Below are positions 1 to 8,628 of a stretch of 50,590 bases of DNA, one piece after another. The notes under the pieces are model-generated. The model was not told the DNA's origin, did not search any database, and saw only the letters and a list, made by a program, of their open reading frames with translations. Each line of letters starts with the position of its first letter. Positions within the stretch are counted from its first letter, which is position 1. The position numbers were made by a program, and so were the translations under genes. Source of the stretch: an uncultured bacterium (GTDB lineage: Bacteria; B130-G9); NCBI GenBank assembly GCA_965372715.1, contig CBDVDH010000025.1, forward strand, positions 1 through 50,590, given 5' to 3'.

Positions 1-322
1 TACTCATAACAGAAAGCGAAAATAGCATCAAGTGAAATGTGTTACACTACACTAGCTTGATATCCACCAGCGCAGCGCTGGTTGTAACTGCCCGCTCAGC
101 TTGCCTATCCATTCCTGGCTAGGTCGATGACCAACAACAGAATAAGCCCGCATTCTGCCCAGTCCTCCGAATAACATCGTGTCCTTCATTGCGCGTAAAC
201 TTAGATGTGTCGGAGAAAAATATCAAGCGAGTCGCGGAACCATCATGGCGAGATAAGCGAGCATGTCGCTGTCGCACAGGAGCTTTCTGCACGCCTCGCT
301 CCTCGAATCCGCTTGTGGAGCA

Positions 323-2110
323 TCACATCTTCTTGAAGGCGGCGAGGATACTGCGGAATATCTCCTCGATCGTGCCGTCGTGGGCTGGCCCGGGGTTGTG
401 CCCCAGCACGTTGCGAAGCACTTCTTCCTCCCTCAGCGGCGAAAACATCTTCTCGCCCTTCGCCTCGACTTGCTCGCGGACCCTCAGAAGCGATCTCGCT
501 CGCTCATTGAGGAGCTTCACTAGCTGGACGTCAATCCGGTCAATCTGCGCCCTGAAATCGGCGATGTCCGCGTGGATGGAGTCAACCTTGCACAGCTCAA
601 GGACCGCGGCCCGGAGCAGCTTACCTGAAGGTGAACGAGGGATACTCTCCCTGAACTCGAAGCTCTTCGGGACCTCATACGGTGCGAGCTTTGATGCGCA
701 AAAAGCCTTGATTGCGAGTGCATCAACTGACACGCCGGGCCGTTTCACGACAATGGCCCTGGGCGCCTGACCGCGAAGACCGTCCTCGACAGGTATGATA
801 CAGACGTCCTCGATCGCCGGATGCTCCTTCAAGACTCGCTCGATCGCGGCCGGGAACACCTTCATGCCCGCCACTTTCATCATCGAATCCTTGCGGTCAA
901 CGAAGTAGATGAAGCCGTCCTCATCCCTCTTGACGAGGTCTCCTGTCTTGAACCAGCCGTCGGAGAACGCGTCGCTGGTCTTGTCGTGCGCCTGCCCAGG
1001 CGCCCCGTATTCGCCCGACGTTACGCCCTTGCCGGAGACGAACATCTCACCGAGCTCCATGTCGGCGGCGTCTGAGCCATCTTCCCGGACGACACGTATC
1101 GAATAATGCAGCGCTGCCTTGCCGACCGACCCACCGCGTCTGACCTCACCTGCATGAGGCGCGACCGCAATGCCTGCGGTCTCAGTGCTGCCCCAGACTG
1201 GAGTGATCGGGATGCCGAAGCCCGCCTCGAACGCGCGGTTGAGCGTCTCGCGGGTAATCATTCCGCCGCTTTCGGCGATCCTGAGCGTCTCGTAGTCAAA
1301 CTCGCTGTTCGAGGCGAACGGCAGCAATCGCTCATAGAGCGTCGCGGCGCCCATCATGCATGTCACCCCGTGCTCGCTTATCGCCCTCGCGACGGATTTG
1401 GGGAAGAGGCTGTTTTCGAGAACTGATGTCCCGCCGAGATATAGCCCCCTTAGGAATATCTCGTGGGGGTGAAGATACGCCGGGAACATGCAAAGATGAA
1501 CGTCGTTGTGACGGAGGCCGAGCGTCTCGACCGAGGCGATTGTGTTGTAGAACAGATTGGCGTGAGTCGTTACCGCCGCCTTGGGCGCCCCAGTGGCGCC
1601 TGACGTGAAGTTCAGGTAGAAGGGCTCGTCGTCATCGACCTCTATTGGCCCCAGCCCGCCCGGCGCCTTGTCGATGAACTCCTCCCACTTCTGCAAGCCG
1701 CCGCCCGCCTCCGCATCACAAGGCCCGCAAACAACGAGGTTCTTCAGCGCCTTGTGGCCCTTGGGCGCCTTGGACAGAAGCCTCAAGAACTTGCCGGCGG
1801 CAATCAGAGCGTCAATATCGTAGCTGCGGATTATCTCCCCCAGCACTGCCGGTTTCAACTGGTAGTTGAGCGGGACGACCATCGACCCGAGCCTCGCGCA
1901 CGCAACAAAGAGAACCAGGAGCTCCGGGGTTTTCTCTGAAAGCAACGCGACTTTCGCGCCTCGGCCAAGGCCGAGGCCAGCAAGCCCTGCCGCACATCTC
2001 TCCACGAGCGAGTGCAGCGTCTCGAAATCGAGGGTTACGTCCTTGTGAATAACAGCCGTCTTGTGCGGGAAAGACTCCGCCCTCGCCGCGCACATCTGTG
2101 CGACGTTCAT
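323..2110 (-). CDS. ANL-superfamily adenylate-forming (acyl/aryl-CoA ligase-like) enzyme fused to a C-terminal AroQ chorismate-mutase-like domain
   Basis: Adenylation motifs FTSGATGAPKA, WGSTE, FKTGDL, PRSPSGKLLR. Last ~85 aa (IADFRAQIDRIDVQLVKLLNERA...PLREEEVL) match the AroQ pattern. ATG overlaps the galU stop. Confidence 0.85.
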   Translation of the reverse strand: MNVAQMCAARAESFPHKTAVIHKDVTLDFETLHSLVERCAAGLAGLGLGRGAKVALLSEKTPELLVLFVACARLGSMVVPLNYQLKPAVLGEIIRSYDIDALIAAGKFLRLLSKAPKGHKALKNLVVCGPCDAEAGGGLQKWEEFIDKAPGGLGPIEVDDDEPFYLNFTSGATGAPKAAVTTHANLFYNTIASVETLGLRHNDVHLCMFPAYLHPHEIFLRGLYLGGTSVLENSLFPKSVARAISEHGVTCMMGAATLYERLLPFASNSEFDYETLRIAESGGMITRETLNRAFEAGFGIPITPVWGSTETAGIAVAPHAGEVRRGGSVGKAALHYSIRVVREDGSDAADMELGEMFVSGKGVTSGEYGAPGQAHDKTSDAFSDGWFKTGDLVKRDEDGFIYFVDRKDSMMKVAGMKVFPAAIERVLKEHPAIEDVCIIPVEDGLRGQAPRAIVVKRPGVSVDALAIKAFCASKLAPYEVPKSFEFRESIPRSPSGKLLRAAVLELCKVDSIHADIADFRAQIDRIDVQLVKLLNERARSLLRVREQVEAKGEKMFSPLREEEVLRNVLGHNPGPAHDGTIEEIFRSILAAFKKM

Positions 2111-3054
2111 TGGCGTGGCTCCTTTGAACCTTTCGGAGGCTCAGTCCCATTGACAGTGCCTATGTCAAGCCGGTGCAAATAGTCCCGGAAATCACCGCTG
2201 AGTTCTGGGTTCCTGAGCCCATACTCAACGGTTGCGATCAAGAAACCGAGCTTGTCGCCGGCGTCATATCGGCGGCCCTCGAACTCGTAGCCGTAGATTA
2301 CCTGCTGCTGCAAGAGCTCGACCAGACCGTCGGTCAGCTGTATCTCATCGCCCTTGCCGGGCGGCAGATTATCGAGGATGTCGAATATATCGGGCGTCAG
2401 GATGTATCTGCCGATAATCGCCAGGTCAGATGGGGCGTCCTCCGGCTTCGGCTTCTCGACCATTCCAGTGAGCTTGTAGAGCCTGTCGTCAACCAATTCT
2501 CCCTCGATTACGCCGAAACGATTGATCTGGTCCCTTTCGATACGCTCAAGCGCGATTACAGGGCACTTGTAGCGGGAATAGGAATCTATCATCTGCTTCA
2601 GGCATGGCGTCCGACTGTAGATAACATCGTCGCCAAGAAGAACGGCAAAGGGCTCATCACCAACTAGCTCGCGCGCCGCGAGGATCGCATGGCCAAGACC
2701 CTTGGCCTCCTTTTGTCTCACGTAAGCCGTGTTCACCATGTTCGAGATCTCCCTCGCCTCGTCCAGCATGGCTTTGAGCTCCGCTTTTCTCCTCTTGTCC
2801 GAGGTATCTTTCAGCTTCTTCTCCAGGACCCGCTCCAGCTCGAACGAGATATCGAAGTGGTCCTCGATCGCACGCTGCCCACGCCCAGTAACGAAGATAA
2901 CCTGCTCTATCCCGGAGTCCCTTGCCTCCTCAACTACGTACTGGATGATCGGCTTGTCAACCAGCGGAAGCATTACCTTCGGCTGAGCCTTTGTCGCGGG
3001 CAAGAATCTCGTCCCAAGACCCGCCGCGGGGAAAACTGCCTTTCGGATTCTCAT
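2107..3054 (-). CDS. galU: UTP-glucose-1-phosphate uridylyltransferase
   Basis: Start re-assigned to ATG 3054 (MRIRKAVFPAAGLGTRFLPATKAQPK), RBS GAGGGA; motifs GLGHAI, LGDD, VEKP, YDAG. Confidence 0.95.
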   Translation of the reverse strand: MRIRKAVFPAAGLGTRFLPATKAQPKVMLPLVDKPIIQYVVEEARDSGIEQVIFVTGRGQRAIEDHFDISFELERVLEKKLKDTSDKRRKAELKAMLDEAREISNMVNTAYVRQKEAKGLGHAILAARELVGDEPFAVLLGDDVIYSRTPCLKQMIDSYSRYKCPVIALERIERDQINRFGVIEGELVDDRLYKLTGMVEKPKPEDAPSDLAIIGRYILTPDIFDILDNLPPGKGDEIQLTDGLVELLQQQVIYGYEFEGRRYDAGDKLGFLIATVEYGLRNPELSGDFRDYLHRLDIGTVNGTEPPKGSKEPRQ

Positions 3055-3065
3055 AGCGTATTCCC

Positions 3066-4139
3066 TCAAAACCTCTTCAAGCTCTCCACCGTTTTCTCGT
3101 CTAATGCCATGCACGCCTGAACCATGAGTTCTACCGCAGCATCGAAATCGCCCCGATGGATGATCGACACGTGTGAGTGAATATACCTCGACGCGATGCC
3201 AATGTATATGCTCGGGACACCGGTTCTGCTCAGGTTGATCCGTCCGCCGTCGGTCCCGCCGCCATCGAGTATGCCCAGAAAATGCTTGATCTTGTGCTTT
3301 TCTGCGAGACCTATCACAAAGTCGCGAAGCTTCATATTCGGTATGAGCGAATTGTCGAAAACCATTATGCCAACGCCGTTGCCCGGCTTCTCGGGACGAC
3401 CTTTCGTGTCCGAGCCTGTGTCCTTGGCCGTGCAAACATCCAACGCGAAGGCAATGTCCGGCTTGCATAAAGCGGCAGCCGTCTTGGCCCCCCTCAGGCC
3501 AACTTCCTCCTGAGCCGTGCCCACACCGAAGGCCAAGTTCGGGTGCTTCATCTTCACTAAGCGCCTCATCGCCTCGACCATGATCAGAACGCCTACCCTG
3601 TTGTCCCATGCCTTCGCCAGATACATCTTTTTGTTGCTCATTATCTCGAACTCGGTGATGGGCGTGATCGGGTCGCCCGGGCGTATATCGAGCTTTTTCT
3701 TCACGTCGTAGCCGACCGACTGACCGACGTCGATGAAGAGCTCCTTGAGCTTCAGCAGCTTGCCTTGCTTCTCCTTGTCCATGTCGTGAATAGCAGGCGA
3801 ACCGATGACGCCGAGGACTCTTCCCTTTCTAGTTTGGATCGCAACCTTCTGGGAAAGCACGTTGCCTGGCCACCAGCCGCCGACCGGCAGGAATTTGACA
3901 AAGCCCTCGTCCGTTACCTGCTGAACGATGAAGCCTATCTCATCCATGTGGCCGGCCATCATTATCCTCGGCTCGTCGGATGTTCCCCTGTGCTTGCAGA
4001 CCAAGCTGCCTAGATTGTCCCATTCGTACTCGCAAGTATCCTTCAGCTCATCCCGTATTAGCCCCGCCACCTTGTGCTCAAACCCAGAGATGCCCTCGAT
4101 CTCAGTCATTTTCTTCATGAGTTTCTCGGTTCTGTCCAT
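3066..4139 (-). CDS. M42 family metallo-aminopeptidase
   Basis: AGHMDEIG, AKAWDNR, QEEVGLRGA, GGGTD, YIHSH motifs; probable start ATG 4139 after GGGAGA. Confidence 0.93.
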   Translation of the reverse strand: MDRTEKLMKKMTEIEGISGFEHKVAGLIRDELKDTCEYEWDNLGSLVCKHRGTSDEPRIMMAGHMDEIGFIVQQVTDEGFVKFLPVGGWWPGNVLSQKVAIQTRKGRVLGVIGSPAIHDMDKEKQGKLLKLKELFIDVGQSVGYDVKKKLDIRPGDPITPITEFEIMSNKKMYLAKAWDNRVGVLIMVEAMRRLVKMKHPNLAFGVGTAQEEVGLRGAKTAAALCKPDIAFALDVCTAKDTGSDTKGRPEKPGNGVGIMVFDNSLIPNMKLRDFVIGLAEKHKIKHFLGILDGGGTDGGRINLSRTGVPSIYIGIASRYIHSHVSIIHRGDFDAAVELMVQACMALDEKTVESLKRF

Positions 4140-4216
4140 GCGTCTCTCCCATGTCAATTAGCGGTTTGTTTTTCTTAACCAAAGACACCTTGCAAGGCGC
4201 CGGTTTGGTCTAATGG

Positions 4217-4244
4217 ATTATAGCTTCGCTCACAGTCGAGTCAA
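4217..4244 (-). promoter_or_regulatory. sigma70-type promoter for the M42-galU-ligase operon
   Basis: TTGACT-N16-TATAAT on the minus strand, about 80 bp upstream of the M42 start. Confidence 0.65.
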
Positions 4245-4389
4245 GCCCGGCGGTCAGACCCCAAGGATCATCAGGTCGGGATCGGGCAACGTCCTGGTTC
4301 GAGGTCGGGCAGGCTCTCCAAGTAAGATTGCTGTAGCGGCCAATGCTCGAAGGTTCCTGCACCTGATGGGCCTGAACAGTCAGAAACGC

Positions 4390-6066
4390 TTAGTCTGAAG
4401 TCGAGAAGACCATCACCTGGTAAGGTCCCCTGACGAGGCGCTTGATGAGGCGGGACCTCGACCGAATCTCGTCAATCGTCTCTTTCGGCGTCCCGTCTGC
4501 CACGACGAAAACGCCGTCTGGCGCCGAGAGGTCATCGTCAACGTTGAGCCGACAACCGTGCAGGCTCGCGTCGAAAGGGATGTCGGGAACCGAGATCAGC
4601 CCTGGCAGGTTGGTTGAATGAATGGCCGACCCGTCGCCGTGCACGCTGCAAAGATACTCCCGGACATCTCTGGTCAGCCGCGAAACCTGCACCACCCGCC
4701 GCGCCTCAGCCACACCTATCCTGGAATTGAGCGACACAACAGTGTAGGCCCCGTAAACAAGAAGGAAGGAAGAGGCGAATGCGCCGGCTACCCGCAGCAA
4801 TGACCCCAATCCCCGTCCTGAGCTAAAAGCCCTCCTGATGGAACCGCCAACCTTGAACTTGGAACTCGGAACTTTGAACCTAACGGCTATCATCTTCCGG
4901 ACCAGGCGTGTCTGCCGGGTTGCGCCGACGCCGATGAAGAGGGACAATCCCAGGAACGATTCGGCGGATTGATGGACGGTTGTGTCGAGCACTAAGAGAG
5001 GAGGCAAGAGCAGGAGTGCAGCCCATCCAAGTGGGAATCGCGCCCTTGCCGGCGCCCTGAACACGCAGTAGATGACGGCAGCAAGACACACAGCAAGTTT
5101 CAATCTGTGGGTTCCGACGGTATATCCGAACAGCGCGTTCATTGCGATGAACAGGGTCATGCCTGCAAGGAGCCATACGTGTCGCTTCCTGTTGCCCCAC
5201 GCGAGCGCGGCGACGACAATAAGTGAGGCCGGCAGATAGAACAGGAATTGCTCTCGTAGGAAGAACTCGAGGTTCCGGGCGATGAGCGAGAGGTCGAGTC
5301 TTGGCGCCGGCAGCGGGAACTTTGACGTGATTAATCCTCTTGCCAGCAGAAAGATTCCGAGACCGGAAAAGGAGAGCCCCGCCGCGAGCTTAATGACGCG
5401 CCTTTTAGGCACTAGAAGGGGCAGAAGCAGAGGGGCCAAGAACGAGGTCTCCTTTGACAAGAATGCGCCAATCATTAGCAGAATCCCAATCGCCGGCAGA
5501 CCGGTCTGTTCCTGGCCGCTCGATTGGGACTTTGCCCACCGCACGAGGTAGAACATCGCAGATGCGAGAAAGAAGAGCTCCATTTGAAGGGATGACGAGC
5601 TCCTCAACCAGACGACGCTGTAGATGGGGAAATAGAGAGATACAAGCAGGCTTGCGATAAGCCCGGCCGCGCGCCCGCTCAGAAGACCACCGATCCGATA
5701 GATGAAGAAAACCATGCCCGCGAAGATCAATATCACGCCGATTGCGTAGGGCGCGGGCGAGGCCCCGAAAAGCGAGAAAAGTATCACCCAGAACATCGTG
5801 GGCAGCGGACGGTAGTAGAGCCATGGGCTAAACGTACAAAACGGCGCAAAGAACGTCTTAAGACTCGATGTATGTTCTTCGGCCCGATGAAGGTAGATGT
5901 AGTCGTCGAGCGAAAAGTAGGTGAACAGCCCAACGGAGGCTACGAGAATCGCGAGCAAGAATACGCAGAGCCCGACTGTGTCAAGCCGCTTTAACGGTTG
6001 AGTTCCAGGTCTCAAGTTCCGAGTTCCCAGTCGAAGATTTGACGAACGGCGAATTTCAAGTCCCAA
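4390..6066 (-). CDS. Multi-pass membrane protein, GT-C (PMT/ArnT-like) glycosyltransferase; true start uncertain
   Basis: First-loop DD motif (FSLDDYIYL), YYRPL, LSKETS, more than 10 hydrophobic segments. Confidence 0.7.
   Translation of the reverse strand: MGLEIRRSSNLRLGTRNLRPGTQPLKRLDTVGLCVFLLAILVASVGLFTYFSLDDYIYLHRAEEHTSSLKTFFAPFCTFSPWLYYRPLPTMFWVILFSLFGASPAPYAIGVILIFAGMVFFIYRIGGLLSGRAAGLIASLLVSLYFPIYSVVWLRSSSSLQMELFFLASAMFYLVRWAKSQSSGQEQTGLPAIGILLMIGAFLSKETSFLAPLLLPLLVPKRRVIKLAAGLSFSGLGIFLLARGLITSKFPLPAPRLDLSLIARNLEFFLREQFLFYLPASLIVVAALAWGNRKRHVWLLAGMTLFIAMNALFGYTVGTHRLKLAVCLAAVIYCVFRAPARARFPLGWAALLLLPPLLVLDTTVHQSAESFLGLSLFIGVGATRQTRLVRKMIAVRFKVPSSKFKVGGSIRRAFSSGRGLGSLLRVAGAFASSFLLVYGAYTVVSLNSRIGVAEARRVVQVSRLTRDVREYLCSVHGDGSAIHSTNLPGLISVPDIPFDASLHGCRLNVDDDLSAPDGVFVVADGTPKETIDEIRSRSRLIKRLVRGPYQVMVFSTSD
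4852..4879 (+). repeat. Degenerate heptamer tandem repeat (4x, consensus YYKGAAC) inside the GT-C gene
   Basis: cttgaac ttggaac tcggaac tttgaac; read as FKVPSSKFK on the minus strand. Confidence 0.7.
6002..6029 (-). repeat. Degenerate heptamer tandem repeat (4x), inverted relative to 4852-4879
   Basis: gttccag gtctcaa gttccga gttccca on the plus strand. Confidence 0.6.
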
Positions 6067-6207
6067 GTTGCGGGATTGGGGTGGGAAGTCAACGCAAAAT
6101 GGGAAACATTGTCAAGGTTGGATGAGTTACGCCGGCGCTAGTGCTGGCGGAGGAGATGAAGAGAAAATGAGAGAACAGTCAGATGATGTCGTGCGTGGAA
6201 AGCGAGG

Positions 6208-6483
6208 TCAACTAGCTTTTCTGGCCGCCTGCCCGGCCTCAAGCCGCCGTGAGCCCCAACAAAGATAAGGATTTGACGCTTCTTCCTTCAGGCCGAGGGC
6301 ATACTCATGCCGTGTTATGGGTATCACAGACTTCACAACTGCCAGGTTCTTCTTCTTGGCCCGCGGAAGCGCTGAGGCCGAAGACAAGGCATGTGAGGCG
6401 TTCTTGGCCTCCCAATACCTGACTGCATCGAAGCTTTTGCCGGCGCCAACGTGCCCACATTCTACAATAACTCTAAAGTACAT
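6208..6483 (-). CDS. Small basic protein of unknown function (91 aa, ECGHVGAG motif)
   Basis: MYFRVIVECGHVGAGKSFDAVRYW...LPRAKKK...NPYL; start ATG 6483 with RBS AAGGTGG, downstream of a sigma54 promoter. Confidence 0.75.
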   Translation of the reverse strand: MYFRVIVECGHVGAGKSFDAVRYWEAKNASHALSSASALPRAKKKNLAVVKSVIPITRHEYALGLKEEASNPYLCWGSRRLEAGQAARKAS

Positions 6484-6529
6484 TTCTCGCGACCACCTTG
6501 TTAGGGATTCAAACCCAACCCGTAGAATT

Positions 6530-6545
6530 AGCAGATTCCGTGCCA
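6530..6545 (-). promoter_or_regulatory. sigma54 (-24/-12) promoter
   Basis: Minus strand TGGCACGGAATCTGCT: GG-N10-GC spacing exact, close match to TGGCACG-N4-TTGCW. Confidence 0.75.
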
Positions 6546-6713
6546 TACACATGATCTTTTTGCTTGATCGCCGATTGTAAGGCAGATGTGGAGGGGGCAG
6601 CAGCTTTTCCGGGCCCGATTCGGAGTTGAAATTATGATCGCCCAGATATGACCCGATTCCGACCACCAGTGGCGCGTATGAAGATATTAGGCGCCATCCC
6701 TCAGTTTTGCGCA

Positions 6714-7024
6714 TTGTCCCATTTGGGACAGCAAAAAAAGGCCAGTTGTCCCATTTGGGACAGTTTTACCGGATCTGACCTCCGAGGTCCCGGCGCCGAA
6801 AGTCCCGCGACCTTGACGCCCTGCCTCAAAAGTCGCGGTTGATCCATACATACTATCCTAAACAGCCTCGATCTGTTGCCATCTGGGTCTATGGTGACGG
6901 CCTCAGCCACGTGTTGCTCCACGTCGGGGAACTTGTGGGGCAAGCGCTAAAATCGAGGCGGATCAGTTTCAAAGTTGTCCCATTTGGGACAGCAGAAAAG
7001 GGCCAATTGTCCCATTTGGGACAG
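6714..7024. promoter_or_regulatory. Four identical 18-bp sites TTGTCCCATTTGGGACAG in two pairs; putative enhancer (UAS)
   Basis: Copies at 6714, 6746, 6975, 7007; 32-bp spacing within each pair; core palindrome TGTCCC-N4-GGGACA equals TGT-N10-ACA. Confidence 0.75.
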
Positions 7025-7244
7025 TTTGTCCTCACGGCGACACGTGGATGCCGGGGTTGAGCATCCACAATCGGGAGCCGTGTAAGCGCACGGTCGCGCA
7101 ATGCACGGCCGAACCTATGTGTCCGGCCAAACCTCATTGGGCAGACACGTTCGCCACGCAGATCCCCTACGTGTGACGTTCGTGACTTCCGGATATAAGG
7201 TATGCCGCCTAGCCGGAGTAGTTTAAGGCTGCGACTCTTGTCGG

Positions 7245-7356
7245 TGTAGGGCAGGCTTTCCAGCCCGCCAAAGTCAGGGTCTCGCGCGACAGTAGTGTTG
7301 CGTGTGAGGAATGTGGCAATCGCTACAAAAGGCAGCCTCGGAAAGCCTGCCCCACA
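7245..7356. repeat. REP-like inverted doublet (GGGCAGGCTTTCC family)
   Basis: Left arm tgtagggcaggctttccagcccgcc, right arm ggcagcctcggaaagcctgccccaca; the right arm and its flank recur at 25448-25486. Confidence 0.65.
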
Positions 7357-7512
7357 TCTCATCGCAGCCTCAGTTTATGAATAACACGGTCTAGGGAAAT
7401 GCGATTACCGGACAGCCTCGGGGAGAAAGTGGGAAATCCTCGTTGCTCGGTTTGATCTTGGGTAGATGCCGGCCTTGAACCCGCGGGTTCGAGCGCCAAC
7501 TGGCCCGAGAAC

Positions 7513-8625
7513 TCACACTGAATCCGAGTCGCCCATCATTATGTGCCAGGCGGTCGCGGTGATTATCTGCTTGGCGATGTTGGGATTCGGGGTCCAGGGT
7601 CTCAGGATGAAGTAAACCAGGGATTTCCGTTTCAGGAAGCCAACAGCGCGCAAATACAGCATGTAAGGCGAATGTTTGAGGCACCAGGCTCGGACAACGT
7701 CGCAATGGTTCTCCACCGCGAATCGGACTGCCGACAGTATCAACTGAGACGCGATGAGGGGGTTGTGGTCCTTTGCAAGGATATCCGCGACAAGCGCCTC
7801 CTTTAAGCCGTCCTGATCCTTTTTTATCCGCAGGACGATGTAACCCACCAGCTCACCCTTGCGCTCGGCCACAAAGACGTCGTAAACAGGCTTTAGCGGG
7901 CTGCAATATCGCCAGTTGAGGTAGTTGGAATCCCGCACGACTGCGTTGCCAATCCTCCGCGAGACGTTCTCCCAGAGGGCATCCACGCGCTCATCGAAGG
8001 ATTTGACTTTCCGAACCCTTCTTCCCCAGGACGGCCAGAGGTCCAAGAACCTCGAGTATAGGCCAATCTTCACCACCGCGCGCCATGGCAAGGCCACTGC
8101 CTTGACAAGGAGCTTACTTCTGAGTTTCTTGTTCAGGAAGGGTTCAAGCCTCAAGTAGCACGAGAGGTTCAAGATGTGCACAAGCGGTATCCAGCCAAGT
8201 CTCTTGACACCGAGGAACAGTGAATTCGTGTTTGGGAAGCCACATCCGAATACCGAGCCTTGGGCCTCGATCACGTGATACGCTATCTTGCCGAGGCGAA
8301 GCAGCCTTAGCGCGGCCTCTCTTCGACCGAACGCCGTCCTGTCAACGGCCATGTCAAAGGATACCGACGCGATGTGATTGCTTGGGCCGACCTTGTACTT
8401 GATAAGGTTGAAGCCCCAGTGTCCAACGATGCGGTCTCCCGCAACCGTCACAAGGCTGCCCGTCCGAGCGGTGGGGACCATCCTGTATTTCCAGTCCCAG
8501 TGCTGTTTCGGGAATTGCCTGCCGAATGACGCCTCCATAAGAGAGAGAATCCCTTGAACGTGCTCTTGGTTCTGATAATCGACTATCTGAATGTCAGCTG
8601 GTGGCTGAAACTCTCGGTAACGCAT
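7513..8625 (-). CDS. Tandem-GNAT family acyltransferase
   Basis: HWDWKY, IVGHWG, GFPNTNS, RDSNYLNWRY and terminal MGDSD pattern typical of envelope-cluster GNAT proteins; 3 bp downstream of the GT2 gene. Confidence 0.75.
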   Translation of the reverse strand: MRYREFQPPADIQIVDYQNQEHVQGILSLMEASFGRQFPKQHWDWKYRMVPTARTGSLVTVAGDRIVGHWGFNLIKYKVGPSNHIASVSFDMAVDRTAFGRREAALRLLRLGKIAYHVIEAQGSVFGCGFPNTNSLFLGVKRLGWIPLVHILNLSCYLRLEPFLNKKLRSKLLVKAVALPWRAVVKIGLYSRFLDLWPSWGRRVRKVKSFDERVDALWENVSRRIGNAVVRDSNYLNWRYCSPLKPVYDVFVAERKGELVGYIVLRIKKDQDGLKEALVADILAKDHNPLIASQLILSAVRFAVENHCDVVRAWCLKHSPYMLYLRAVGFLKRKSLVYFILRPWTPNPNIAKQIITATAWHIMMGDSDSV

Positions 8626-8628
8626 CCG

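Noticed and set aside
3055-3609. 185-aa N-terminal extension of GalU in the ORF track
   Set aside because: It overlaps the M42 gene in another frame; the canonical GalU start with RBS is at 3054.
6714-7024. CRISPR array
   Set aside because: Repeats are only 18 bp, gaps are 14, 211 and 14 bp, the two short linkers resemble each other, and no cas genes are present.
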